From contig CAVZDU010000001.1 of assembly GCA_963774265.1 (NCBI GenBank), positions 1,056,001 to 1,120,000 on the forward strand: a stretch of DNA of 64,000 bases. The letters run 5' to 3'. Of this stretch, positions 31,432-40,964 are shown in pieces. Both the position numbers and the translations under genes were made by a program. The number at the start of each line of letters is the position of its first letter. Position 1 is the first letter of the stretch. Source of the stretch: an uncultured Chloroflexia bacterium (GTDB taxonomy: Bacteria; Chloroflexota; Anaerolineae; CG2-30-64-16). The notes under the pieces were generated by a model. The model saw nothing but the letters and a program-made list of their open reading frames with translations. It was not told the DNA's origin and did not search any database.

Positions 31432-32716
31432 ATGCCCAAAGCGATGATGACCCCCCGCGAGCGAGTGCTCGCCAGCATCCGCCACCAGGAGCCGGATCGC
31501 GTGCCGGTGGACCTGGGCGCGACGCCGAGCTCGGGCATCTCGACCATCGCGTACTACAACCTGAAACAGTATCTCGGCATCACCGAGGGGCACACGCGCG
31601 TCTACGACGTGGTGCAGCAGCTTGCCCAACCGGAGGATGGTCATTCTCGACCGGTTCGGGATCGACGTGGTCGATGTGGGGCGGACGTTCAACACGGTGG
31701 ATGAGGATTGGTACGACATTGCGCTGCCGCCCGGTCCTGCCACCGGCGAGAAGATCCTTACCGTGCAGTTCCCGGCCTGGTTCCACCCCGTGCCGCGGCC
31801 GGACGGCAGTTGGGATGCCTACAGCAGCGATGGCACGCGCGTGGCCACGATGCCGATCGGCGCCACCTTTTTCGACGGCACCTGCCATCCCTACCTGGAC
31901 GGCTACCCTGCCGATTACCGCGACCTGCCGGCGGCGATGGGCAAGATCCACTGGTCGGCGCTGGTGCATAGCCCGTGGGACAGCGCGGGCCAGCCGGATT
32001 TCTGGGAGCGGCTGCGGGCCAATGCCATCGCGCTGCGCCAGAGCACCGACCGGGCGATCATGATCGTGGCCGGGTGCAACCTGTTCGAGTGGGGCACCTT
32101 CCTGCGCCGCATCGACAACTTCCTGATGGACCTCGCCTCGGACCAGGCTGAGGTCGAGCGCCTGCTGGATGCGCTGATGGAGCAGCACCTCGCAACGTTG
32201 GAGAAGGTCTGCGCCGCGGTCGGAGACGTGGTTGACATCCTGCGCTTCGGGGACGACCTGGGCACCGATCAAGGTCCGTTCATGGCGCCGGCAACATACC
32301 GTAAGCTGTTCAAGCCGCGGCACACCATCTTGTGCGACTATGTTCACACCCACAGCGGGATGAGGACCTTCCTGCACTCATGCGGGTCGATCTACAAGCT
32401 ACTGCCCGACCTGATCGAGGCCGGGTATGATGTCATCAACCCGGTACAGATCACCTCACGCGGTATGGAGCCGGAACGCCTCAAGCGTGAGTTCGGCAGC
32501 GACATCACCTTCTGGGGCGGCGGCGCCGACACGCGGCACATGCTGAATCACGCCACCCCTGCTGAGGTGAAGGATCACGTCAGGCGCCTGCTGGACATCT
32601 TTGCGCCCGGCGGGGGTTTTGTGTTCAACACCGTACACAACATCCTGCCAGATGTACCGCCGGAGAACATTGTGGCGATGTTCGAGGCAGTGGCGGAGTT
32701 CAACGAAAGGGGGTGA
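31432..32716 (+). CDS. UroD/MtaA-CmuA superfamily protein 4 (frameshift at ~31630)
   Basis: TPRERV...EPDRVPVDLG, GDDLG, LHSCG, INPVQ, FWGGG, GGGFVFNTVHNI. Confidence 0.82.
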
Positions 32717-32809
32717 TGCGACCAAGCTTGATTCTCCGTGCGTACTGCCACGTTGTCGCGACAGAGAATGCTAAATCAACCCATCTCAACCCTTGGAGGA
32801 GTTGCTCTC

Positions 32810-34207
32810 ATGTCTGAGGAAAAGAAGATCACACGACGCGGATTCCTGAAGATGGCCGGCCTGGTCGGCGGCGCGACGGCAGCGACGACCATCGCCGGTT
32901 GCGCGCCCGCAGCCCCGGCGCCGGCCGCGGCCGCCCCCACAACTGCACCCGCCGCCGCTGCACCCACTGCGGCCCCGGCTGTCGTAGGCGCCGCGGGCAC
33001 GTTCAAGGGCGTCGCCCTGCAAGATGCACGCCATCAGCGGCGGCAACTACGAAGAACTGTACAAGACCATACCCGCCTGGGAAGAGAAGACCGGCGCCAC
33101 GGTGGAGATCGTCTTCAAGGGCAACGGCTTCGAGACCGACAAGCGCCTGGTGCAGGACTTCGCGGCCAACACGGTGGACTATGATGTGTGCTGGGATCAC
33201 ACCAGCTTCTTCTCGCAATATGTTAAGGCCGGCGGGTTGGAACCGCTGGATGCCTACTTCACAGCAGATGACCTGGCCGACTTCATTCCCCGCCTGATGG
33301 ATGCGGCCCGCAAGGACGGCAAGTTATGGCTCATCCCGCGCCACTATGACATCTCGCTCATGCAGTACAACACCGATATCGTGAAGAAGGCGCCCGAGAC
33401 GTGGGACGAGTTCAAGCAGATCGCGCTCGAGGTGACCGATGCGGGGAAGGGGATCTATGGCACCCAGTTCGCCGGCAAGGAAGAGGCGCTATCCGGCCGG
33501 TTCTACGAAGTGCTGACCGCCGAAGGCGGCCTGCTCTTCGACGATAAATGGGAACCGACCTTCAACAGCGCGGCCGGCGTCAAGACCGCCACGATGTTCG
33601 CCGACCTCTACAAGGCCAAGGCGATGCCGGCCGATATGACCAACTACGTGTGGGACGACGTTGCCAAGAATTTCGCTAACGGCACCATCGGTCTCTACAC
33701 GGAATGGCCCGGCTGGTACAGCTTCTTCCAGGATCCCAAGAGCAGCAAGGTCGCCGGGCAAGTTCGACTACGCCCGCCAGCCGATCGGCGACGGCAAGAT
33801 CCACAGCGGCTGGGCAGGCGCCCACGGGTTCTCGATCACGAAGGCCAGCAAGAACAAGGAAGCGGCTGCTTCCCTGATCAAGCATTTGGTCAGTGTCGAG
33901 GGTCTCAGGATAGAAGCCAAGACCGGTCTCCTGGTGTCCCGCCAGAGCGTGTTCGACGAGGTGGTTGCGGAAGCGGCCAAGTCAACCGTTGCGCTGGATA
34001 AGAAGCGGTTAGAGCTGGTGCTTTTGGCTGCGCAAGGAGGACTTCAAGACCCCGCCGCTCATCGCAGAATGGCTGCCGATGTCCAACGTCCTCTACCCGA
34101 TCCTGCAGAAGATCATCCTGGGCGATGTGGCGCCGCAGAAGGGTCTGGATGACGCTGTCGCGGCGGTCAAGAAGCTGATGACCGACGCGGGGTACTACAA
34201 AGCGTAA
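32810..34207 (+). CDS. Sugar ABC transporter substrate-binding lipoprotein with Tat signal (frameshifts)
   Basis: TRRGFLK, IAGC lipobox, Ala/Pro linker, CUT1-type substrate-binding body. Confidence 0.85.
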
Positions 34208-34294
34208 TACGCTAAAGGTAGTGTGCGCTTCGCGGGCACGACTGCCGCGCGGCGCGCACCCTGTGCCTCCGGCCATTGCGAACGGCCGCAGCCC

Positions 34295-34326
34295 CGGAGC
34301 AATCTCCCGCAAGGGAGATTGCTCCG
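34295..34326 (+). other. Perfect 14-bp stem with GCAA tetraloop between the substrate-binding and permease genes (probable mRNA stabiliser)
   Basis: cggagcaatctccc-gcaa-gggagattgctccg; no U tract. Confidence 0.7.
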
Positions 34327-34409
34327 TCCACCGAGAATTCTGATTGACGTCGTGTGATGGCCGAAATCCACGCACCAAGCAACACTTATCACGCCAACGA
34401 GGTAGCAGG

Positions 34410-35351
34410 ATGACCGCAACTGTCCTGGCGCAAAAGACGCTGCAACGCAAATCGGGTCGTCCGTGGCGCTCCGAGACCACCTATCTGCCGGTGTTCCTAT
34501 TGTTGCCCGGCATCGTGGTCTTGCTCGCGGTGGTCGGTTTTCCGATGCTCTATTCGCTCTATCTCAGCTTCACCAACTATACGCTGACCACCGCCAGGAA
34601 CTTCCATTTCGTCGGGTTGGAGAACTACATCGCCCTGGTGAAGGACCCGGTCTTCTGGCAGGCATTCGGCCGGACCGTGCTCTTTATGACTCTGGCAACG
34701 AACCTGGAGTTCTTGATAGGGTTGGGGATTGCTCAACTGATGTCCAAGGTCATCCGCGGCCAGAGCGTCCTGCGCACCGTGATGATGATGCCGATGATGT
34801 TCGCGCCCATCCTGGTCGGTTTTCAGTTCAAATGGTTCTTCAACGCCGAGGTCGGACTGATCAACAACATCCTGTACTCGCTGACCGGCTCAGCGCATAT
34901 TATCCCCTGGTTGATTGACGTACCCCTGGGTTTTATCGCGATCCTGGTGGCCGAAATATGGATGAGCACGCCGTTCATGGTCATCATCCTGGAGGCCGGC
35001 ATTTTGTCGTTACCCGTCGAACCGTTTGAAGCTGCCGAAGTGGACGGGGCCTCGGGCTGGCAGAAGTTCCAGCATCTCACGCTGCCCATGATCATGCCGT
35101 TCGTTTACACTGCGTTGGCCATCCGCTCCCTGGACCTGGCACGGGTTTATGATGTGATCAGCATTATGACGGGCGGTGGACCTGGCGGCCGGACCGAGTT
35201 GATCTGGACCTATGTCTACCGACTCGCGTTCAGCGGGCACAACTATGCCATGGGCAGCGCCATGTCTTACATCACGGTGATCATCAGCTTCCTGTTTACG
35301 TGGTATCTGTTCCGCAACGTTCTCAAGAGCCGGTGGGAGGGGAAGGAATGA
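34410..35351 (+). CDS. Carbohydrate ABC permease (MalF/UgpA-like)
   Basis: FVGLENY, EAAEVDGA EAA loop. Confidence 0.92.
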   Translation: MTATVLAQKTLQRKSGRPWRSETTYLPVFLLLPGIVVLLAVVGFPMLYSLYLSFTNYTLTTARNFHFVGLENYIALVKDPVFWQAFGRTVLFMTLATNLEFLIGLGIAQLMSKVIRGQSVLRTVMMMPMMFAPILVGFQFKWFFNAEVGLINNILYSLTGSAHIIPWLIDVPLGFIAILVAEIWMSTPFMVIILEAGILSLPVEPFEAAEVDGASGWQKFQHLTLPMIMPFVYTALAIRSLDLARVYDVISIMTGGGPGGRTELIWTYVYRLAFSGHNYAMGSAMSYITVIISFLFTWYLFRNVLKSRWEGKE

Positions 35352-36265
35352 AAGTCGACGTTGCTCGCAAATCTGGCGAATTTGGTAATAACAGAGGCGG
35401 CCGCCGCCGCCGGCTCAACGATAACCTGCGCGACATAGCGCTCTACGTGATTCTCTTGGGTTTCTTTCTACCGGTGATTTGGATCGTCCTGACCTCGATC
35501 CGGCCTAATGTCGAGATTAATACGCGCCCCCCCATCTGGATTCCATCATCCCTCGACTTCGACTCTTACAAGATTCTCTTGGGCATGCCGACGCCGGAAG
35601 GCGCCTTCGGCATGGGCAGCAGTATTCCATTTGCCCGGTACGCCAGCAACTCGGCTGTGATCGCGCTGGTCAGCACTTTCCTGTCCCTGGTGTTCGGCAC
35701 ATTGGCTGGATTTACGTTCGCCCGTTTTTCCTTCCGGATCAAGAACAGCGTTTTTCTCTCGATGATGCTGGCGCGCGCTGTTCCGGGTGTGGCGCTCAGC
35801 CTACCCCTCTTCATATTGTTCGCCCGGCTGGGACTATCCGACAAGATCGCAGGGATGATCATCGCCTATACGGCTTTGAACATTCCGTTTACCGCCTGGC
35901 TGATGGATGGCTTTTTCCGCGCCCTGCCCCAGGAGCTGGATGATGCGGCGCTGATTGACGGGTGCTCGCGCTGGACCGCCCTCCTGCGGGTGGATCTGCC
36001 GTTGGCGCTCCCTGGCGTCGCGGCCAGCGGCATCTTCGCGTTTTTGACCTCGTGGAATGAGTTCGCCCTGGCCACGGTCATAACCCGCACGCCCGCATCT
36101 CGGACGTTTCCGCCTGCGCTGTATGACTTCACGGGGTCGTTTGTCACCGACTGGCGCGGTATGACCGCCATGTCAGTGTTGATGCTGATCCCATCGATCA
36201 TATTTGTCGCGCTGGTTCAGCGCCAGCTGGTGCAGGGGTTGGCGTCGGGGGCGACAAAGGGGTAG
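35348..36265 (+). CDS. Carbohydrate ABC permease (MalG-like)
   Basis: ELDDAALIDG, SWNEF, C-terminal GATKG. Confidence 0.92.
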   Translation: MKVDVARKSGEFGNNRGGRRRRLNDNLRDIALYVILLGFFLPVIWIVLTSIRPNVEINTRPPIWIPSSLDFDSYKILLGMPTPEGAFGMGSSIPFARYASNSAVIALVSTFLSLVFGTLAGFTFARFSFRIKNSVFLSMMLARAVPGVALSLPLFILFARLGLSDKIAGMIIAYTALNIPFTAWLMDGFFRALPQELDDAALIDGCSRWTALLRVDLPLALPGVAASGIFAFLTSWNEFALATVITRTPASRTFPPALYDFTGSFVTDWRGMTAMSVLMLIPSIIFVALVQRQLVQGLASGATKG

Positions 36266-36328
36266 TTGGCAACCGGAAATCACGGATTCTCTCTTGGCCG
36301 AGAGGCTCTTCCGCTGGGAGTCGGGCCG

Positions 36329-37066
36329 ATGGTCCATCAACCCGATAATACAAAGACTGGGACAGGAGCACAACAGCCGCTCAAATTGCACTGGATCATC
36401 GCGGTCCGGGTAGCAGGGCTCGTCGCGGTGCTGCTCCTCGTGTTGTTCGCCTCAGCCGGCACGTTCGATTGGCCTATGGCATGGGTCTACGTGGTCATCA
36501 CGGTCATCATGACGGTCGGCAGCCGGCTGTTGCTGCTGCGCCGCAGTCCTGACCTGGTGGCGGAGCGTGCTGGGTATGCCGAGAAGAAGGATGCCAAGGC
36601 ATGGGACCGGGTGTTAATGCCGTTGATCGCGATCTACGGGCCAACGCTCATCCTGGTGATCGCCGGCCTGGATCGGCGCTTCGGCTGGCCGCCTGAGCTG
36701 CCGATGTGGATTGAGATCGCGGGCGTGGTCCTGCTTGTGTTGGCAACCGCCTTCAGCACCTGGGCGCTGCTGGTCAATCGGTTCTTCTCGGGCGTGGTGC
36801 GCATCCAACACGATCGCGGCCACACCGTGGTCACGGAAGGACCGTATCGCTGGGTTCGCCACCCGGGCTACGTGGGCGGCGTCGTGGGTGACCTGGCCAT
36901 ACCGTTGATGCTCGGCTCGCTGTGGGCGCTGGTTCCCGGCCTGCTGACCGCGAGCCTGGTCGTGCTCCGCACTGCGCTGGAGGATCGCACCCTGCAGGCC
37001 GAGCTGCCCGGCTACGCCGAGTACTGCCAGCGGACGCGCTATCGGCTGCTGCCCGGGGTGTGGTGA
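36329..37066 (+). CDS. Isoprenylcysteine carboxyl methyltransferase / PEMT-family membrane protein
   Basis: GPYRWVRHPGY, EDRTL, GY.EY...RYRLLP. Confidence 0.88.
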   Translation: MVHQPDNTKTGTGAQQPLKLHWIIAVRVAGLVAVLLLVLFASAGTFDWPMAWVYVVITVIMTVGSRLLLLRRSPDLVAERAGYAEKKDAKAWDRVLMPLIAIYGPTLILVIAGLDRRFGWPPELPMWIEIAGVVLLVLATAFSTWALLVNRFFSGVVRIQHDRGHTVVTEGPYRWVRHPGYVGGVVGDLAIPLMLGSLWALVPGLLTASLVVLRTALEDRTLQAELPGYAEYCQRTRYRLLPGVW

Positions 37067-37130
37067 CGCTTGAGTCGGCCCGGCGGGTGGTGGTGCTCTT
37101 TCGACTCAGCTTTTCGAAGGAGGCGTTCCC

Positions 37131-37598
37131 ATGGACGAACTCGCAGTTCGAATTGTCAAATTGGAACCAATGCGCGTTGCCAGCTTCCATGAGTTCGGGC
37201 CAAGCCCCGAACACCTGGCCATCCAGAAGCTCGCTGACTGGGCCGCGCCGCGCGGCTACCTGGCGGATCGCAAGCGGCATCGCATCTTCGGCTTCAACAA
37301 CCCGAATCCCTCGCACGGCAGCCCGAACTACGGCTACGAGCTGTGGCTGGTCGTCGGTCGGGAAGTCGAGCCGGCGGCGGAGGTTTCCATCAGGGAGTTT
37401 GAGGGCGGGCTGTACGCGGTCGCGCGGTGCGAGAGTGTCGAGAACATCACAGCGACCTGGCGGCAGCTTGTCGGGTGGCTCACCGGCAGCAAATACGGGC
37501 ACGCGGATCATCAATGGCTGGAGGAACACGTCAACGACGAGTTCCCTGCCCCGGATGAGGAGCTGGTTCTCGACCTGTACGCGCCGATCGCGGAGTAG
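37131..37598 (+). CDS. GyrI-like small-molecule-binding protein
   Basis: VRIVKLEPMRVA, GGLYAV, WLEE, DLYAPI. Confidence 0.85.
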   Translation: MDELAVRIVKLEPMRVASFHEFGPSPEHLAIQKLADWAAPRGYLADRKRHRIFGFNNPNPSHGSPNYGYELWLVVGREVEPAAEVSIREFEGGLYAVARCESVENITATWRQLVGWLTGSKYGHADHQWLEEHVNDEFPAPDEELVLDLYAPIAE

Positions 37599-37638
37599 GA
37601 GAGAGGCGGCCCATTAAGGTGCTCGGCACCTGTCGCGC

Positions 37639-38658
37639 CTACACCACCACCTGGGTGCTCAGATCCGTGCCTGCCCGCAGCTCCTTCTCATAGAAGCCGA
37701 ACTGGCACTCCATGTGCATGCCTGCCTTCTCGTATAATCGCGTCGCGCCGGTGAGGCTTTGCGCATCCACGCCCAACTTGGCGCAGTGTTTGCCCTGGTC
37801 ATAGAGCGCGACAAAGCACTGGTGCAGCAAGGCTAACGCCACCCCGCGGCGGCGCCAGGGCCGGCGTACACCCAGCGAATGGATCCAGCCAGCGTCGGGG
37901 TCTTCCACCCAGCTCGTGTGACACAGCGCGGTGCCTGCGATCTCGTTACCGTCCACCACTACGAAAGTCAGGGACGCGTCAAATGAGGGGTCGGTGTCCA
38001 TAAAGTGCAGCCACCCCTTGAGGTCTTCGTCCCACGGCTGCTCCACATAGCCCCAATGATCGCGGAACTCGTCGCGGATGGCCTGCAGCAAGGCGCCCTC
38101 TTCCTGGCCGCGGATGAACGGCCGGATTGCCAGACCCTCAGGTAAGGATGGCTGGGGCGGGGGGCCGGTGAAGTCGATGCTCATGCGCAGGTTGTGCCGT
38201 GCAAGTTGGTAGCCCTGGTCCAGCAGCAGCCGGGCCGCGGTCTCATCCGCGCTCATTATGAATTGCTTCAGGATGACCCTTGCGCCAGAAGGCGCGCGGG
38301 TCAGCAATTCGCGTCCGCGTGTCTCGGCCCAGGCGGCCAGCGCAGTACCGACACCGCGCCCCTGGTGGGCAGGATGCACCTGCGAGAACACAAAGTGGGT
38401 AACGTGCGGCTCGCTGTTCCACAACTCGGCCAGGCCAGCCATGCCCGCACCATCCGGCGAAAACACGGCCAGCGTGTCGGTCGCCAGGTTCATGGTGGGC
38501 TGCTGCCAGTCGCTCCGGATCTCGCCGGCCGCGATGCGTGGTCGGCCGGTCAGCGCGATGTTGTATGCGTTGAGCAGGTCTGCGGCCGCTTCCGCGTCGC
38601 CCAGTGTGACCGGTCGGGCCGTGTAGGCCGGCGGGATCGCGACGTCAAGTGACGTCAT
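37639..38658 (-). CDS. Tandem GNAT acetyltransferase
   Basis: VHPAHQGRGVG and VRRPWRRRGVA...LYEKAG. Confidence 0.9.
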   Translation of the reverse strand: MTSLDVAIPPAYTARPVTLGDAEAAADLLNAYNIALTGRPRIAAGEIRSDWQQPTMNLATDTLAVFSPDGAGMAGLAELWNSEPHVTHFVFSQVHPAHQGRGVGTALAAWAETRGRELLTRAPSGARVILKQFIMSADETAARLLLDQGYQLARHNLRMSIDFTGPPPQPSLPEGLAIRPFIRGQEEGALLQAIRDEFRDHWGYVEQPWDEDLKGWLHFMDTDPSFDASLTFVVVDGNEIAGTALCHTSWVEDPDAGWIHSLGVRRPWRRRGVALALLHQCFVALYDQGKHCAKLGVDAQSLTGATRLYEKAGMHMECQFGFYEKELRAGTDLSTQVVV

Positions 38659-38780
38659 ATGGTTTACCTTTCAGCTGGTCCCAACGCTTGGGACGCGGCG
38701 GTCGTCTCTCTTTTGACTATACGCCGGTTGGACGGGCTGGGTTGCGGCCGCAGTGTGCGGCCCGCACGCTGCTTTTGCAT

Positions 38781-38809
38781 TTGACAGCGCCGGCGCCGTG
38801 TGCTAGACT
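38781..38809 (+). promoter_or_regulatory. his operon sigma70 promoter
   Basis: TTGACA-N17-TAGACT with extended TG. Confidence 0.8.
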
Positions 38810-38839
38810 CCCTCCGGTTTGAAGAAGCACGGTGTTACC

Positions 38840-38896
38840 ATGAAGTGTCTTGTTTCTCAACTGCATCATCCTGGCAGGGGCAGGCGCCCGGCGTAG
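38840..38896 (+). CDS. Putative his leader peptide MKCLVSQLHHPGRGRRPA
   Basis: 18 codons with tandem CAT CAT, between the promoter and a terminator upstream of hisZ. Confidence 0.65.
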   Translation: MKCLVSQLHHPGRGRRPA

Positions 38897-38923
38897 CCGG
38901 CGTCTGATTTGCGCTTGCCCCAG

Positions 38924-38952
38924 GACTGGTTGGATCTCAACCAGTCTTTTTT
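38924..38952 (+). terminator. Attenuator terminator upstream of hisZ
   Basis: gactggttg-gatct-caaccagtc followed by T6. Confidence 0.85.
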
Positions 38953-38974
38953 GTTAACCGGACTGGACACCATT

Positions 38975-40258
38975 ATGCCCGACAGAACCTCATCCATGGA
39001 TCGCCCCCTGCCCGAAGGCGTGCGCGATCTGCTGTTCGCTGACACCGCCGCCTTCCGCCGGATGGAGGCTGCGCTGCAGGCCACCTGGTCCGCCTGGGGC
39101 TACCGGGAAATCCACTTGCCCACATTCGAGTACGCCGATACGCTGGCGACTGACGTGGGCAGCCAGGTGGATGCGGAGCTATACAGGTTCTTCGATCGTC
39201 ACGGCCGAACCCTGGCCCTTCGCCCCGACATGACGATCCCCACGGCACGCGTCGTGGGCACGCGACTGTATGACCAGCCGATGCCGCTGCGCCTGGCCTA
39301 TACGGGCAGCGTCTTTCGCTACGAACCGCCGCGTGCCGGCCGCCAGCACGAGTTCAGCCAGGCTGGCGTCGAGCTGATCGGCGCGCCGGGCACCGTCGCA
39401 GATGCTGAGGCAGTGGCATTGGCAACAGCCAGCCTGCAGGCCGTTGGGCTGCCCGACTTTGGCATCACCCTTGGGCATGTGGGCTTCTTCCGCGGGCTGC
39501 TGGCGGGCCTGGCGCTGCCGGAACGGCTGACGGCCCGGCTGCAGGACGCGGTGGCGCGCAAGGCAGAAGCGGAGCTCCCTGGCCTGTTGGCTGAGGCGCC
39601 TGGCCTGCCGCCGGTCGCCCGGCAGGCGGTCCTGACACTGCCTCGCCTGACCGGCAATGCCAGGATCCTGGATGACGCGGAGGCAGTCTGCCTAAACGCC
39701 ACGATGATGCGCGCGCTGACCGATTTGCGGTCGGTGGCCGCGTTGCTCGAAGCCTACTGCGTATCTCGCTTCGTGACTTATGACCTGGCCGAGGTGCGCG
39801 ACCTGGGCTATTACACCGGCATCACCTTCGAGGGGTTTGCGCCTGGCCTGGGCTTTGGGTTGATCTCCGGCGGTCGCTACGACGATCTCATCGGTCATTT
39901 CGGGCCGCCCTGCCCCGCGGTGGGCTGGGCGTTGACACTCGACCGCATCCTGTTGGCCTGCGAAGTGCAAGGAATCATCGAGGCGGAACCCAGGCCGGAT
40001 GTCCTGCTTGCAGCGTCCGCTTCGGGGATGACATGCCTGGGCTGGGCCGCGACTGCCCGCAGTCGGGGCCTGAGAGTAGAGGTTGATCCGCTGGGCTTGG
40101 AGGGGGAGGCGTTGTGGCAAGCGGCCAAGGCGCGTGGGATCCCCCGGGCAGCCCACCAGGCTGACCAAGACACTATCACAGTCCGCGAAGCGGCAGGCGC
40201 GGACTGGCGCACCATTCCGGCGGACGACTGGGAGGAGATGGATCGATGGCGCCGATAG
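38975..40258 (+). CDS. hisZ: ATP phosphoribosyltransferase regulatory subunit
   Basis: HisRS-like motifs PEGVRD, LRPDMT, QAGVELIG, YYTG, GGRYD; adjacent to a short HisG. Confidence 0.93.
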   Translation: MPDRTSSMDRPLPEGVRDLLFADTAAFRRMEAALQATWSAWGYREIHLPTFEYADTLATDVGSQVDAELYRFFDRHGRTLALRPDMTIPTARVVGTRLYDQPMPLRLAYTGSVFRYEPPRAGRQHEFSQAGVELIGAPGTVADAEAVALATASLQAVGLPDFGITLGHVGFFRGLLAGLALPERLTARLQDAVARKAEAELPGLLAEAPGLPPVARQAVLTLPRLTGNARILDDAEAVCLNATMMRALTDLRSVAALLEAYCVSRFVTYDLAEVRDLGYYTGITFEGFAPGLGFGLISGGRYDDLIGHFGPPCPAVGWALTLDRILLACEVQGIIEAEPRPDVLLAASASGMTCLGWAATARSRGLRVEVDPLGLEGEALWQAAKARGIPRAAHQADQDTITVREAAGADWRTIPADDWEEMDRWRR

Positions 40259-40908
40259 CACCGCTGACCGTGGCACTGCCCAAGGGGCGGCTCACCGACG
40301 ATGCGCTCGTTTGTCTCTCTCGTGCCGGCTATGCTGTGCCTACCAACGGCGACGGTGGCCGCAAGCTGGTTCTGGACGGCGCGGACGGCCGGCTGCGCTA
40401 TATCCTGGTCAAACCGTCGGATGTGCCTGTCTTTGTAGAGTACGGCGCCGCCGATATCGGTGTCGCAGGATTGGATGTGCTGCGCGAATCCGGGCGCGAT
40501 GTCTACGAGCCGCTTCAATTGCCGTTCGGACACTGCCGGCTGGTTGTGGCGGGCAAGGCCAACCGTCCCGACCTGCCGTTGCGGCTGGAGCGCAGCCCGC
40601 GCGTCGCGACCAAGTTTCCCCGGCTGACCGAAGCGTTCTTCCGCAAACGGGGCATCGCTGCCGAGCTGATCGTCATGTCTGGCTCGGTGGAGTTGGCGCC
40701 GTTGGTCGGCCTGGCCGACTTCATCGTGGATTTGGTGCAGACCGGCACCACCCTGCGGGAGAATGGCCTGGTCGAGCTAAGGACGATTCTGGAGAGTCAG
40801 GCCCTGTTGATCGCCAACCGCGCGAGCTACCGTTTGAGGGCGGGCGAGGTCAGGGAATTGATCGATGCACTCGCGGCCGTGGTGCGGGACGGAGCGATTG
40901 AAGATTGA
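40246..40908 (+). CDS. hisG: ATP phosphoribosyltransferase, short form
   Basis: ALPKGR, ATKF, GSVELAP..GLAD.IVDLVQTGTTLRENGL. Confidence 0.96.
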   Translation: MAPIAPLTVALPKGRLTDDALVCLSRAGYAVPTNGDGGRKLVLDGADGRLRYILVKPSDVPVFVEYGAADIGVAGLDVLRESGRDVYEPLQLPFGHCRLVVAGKANRPDLPLRLERSPRVATKFPRLTEAFFRKRGIAAELIVMSGSVELAPLVGLADFIVDLVQTGTTLRENGLVELRTILESQALLIANRASYRLRAGEVRELIDALAAVVRDGAIED

Positions 40909-40951
40909 AGATCGCAGATTGAAGATCGCAGATTGAAGATCGCAGATTGAA
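40896..40951 (+). repeat. Heptamer tandem array (GATTGAA/GATCGCA) x8
   Basis: Read directly; contains the hisG stop, and a degenerate ninth unit GATGGAG supplies the hisD SD. Confidence 0.9.
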
Positions 40952-40964
40952 GATGGAGGCGATT

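Noticed and set aside
26835-32716. UroD-like genes as heme biosynthesis hemE
   Set aside because: They lack the RQAGR signature, no hem genes are nearby and the context is sugar transport
32905-32995. GC-rich repeats near the start of the substrate-binding gene
   Set aside because: They encode the ordinary Ala/Pro/Thr linker after the lipobox
38810-38955. His T-box upstream of hisZ
   Set aside because: The leader is too short and lacks the GGTGGNACC T-box sequence; a leader peptide fits better
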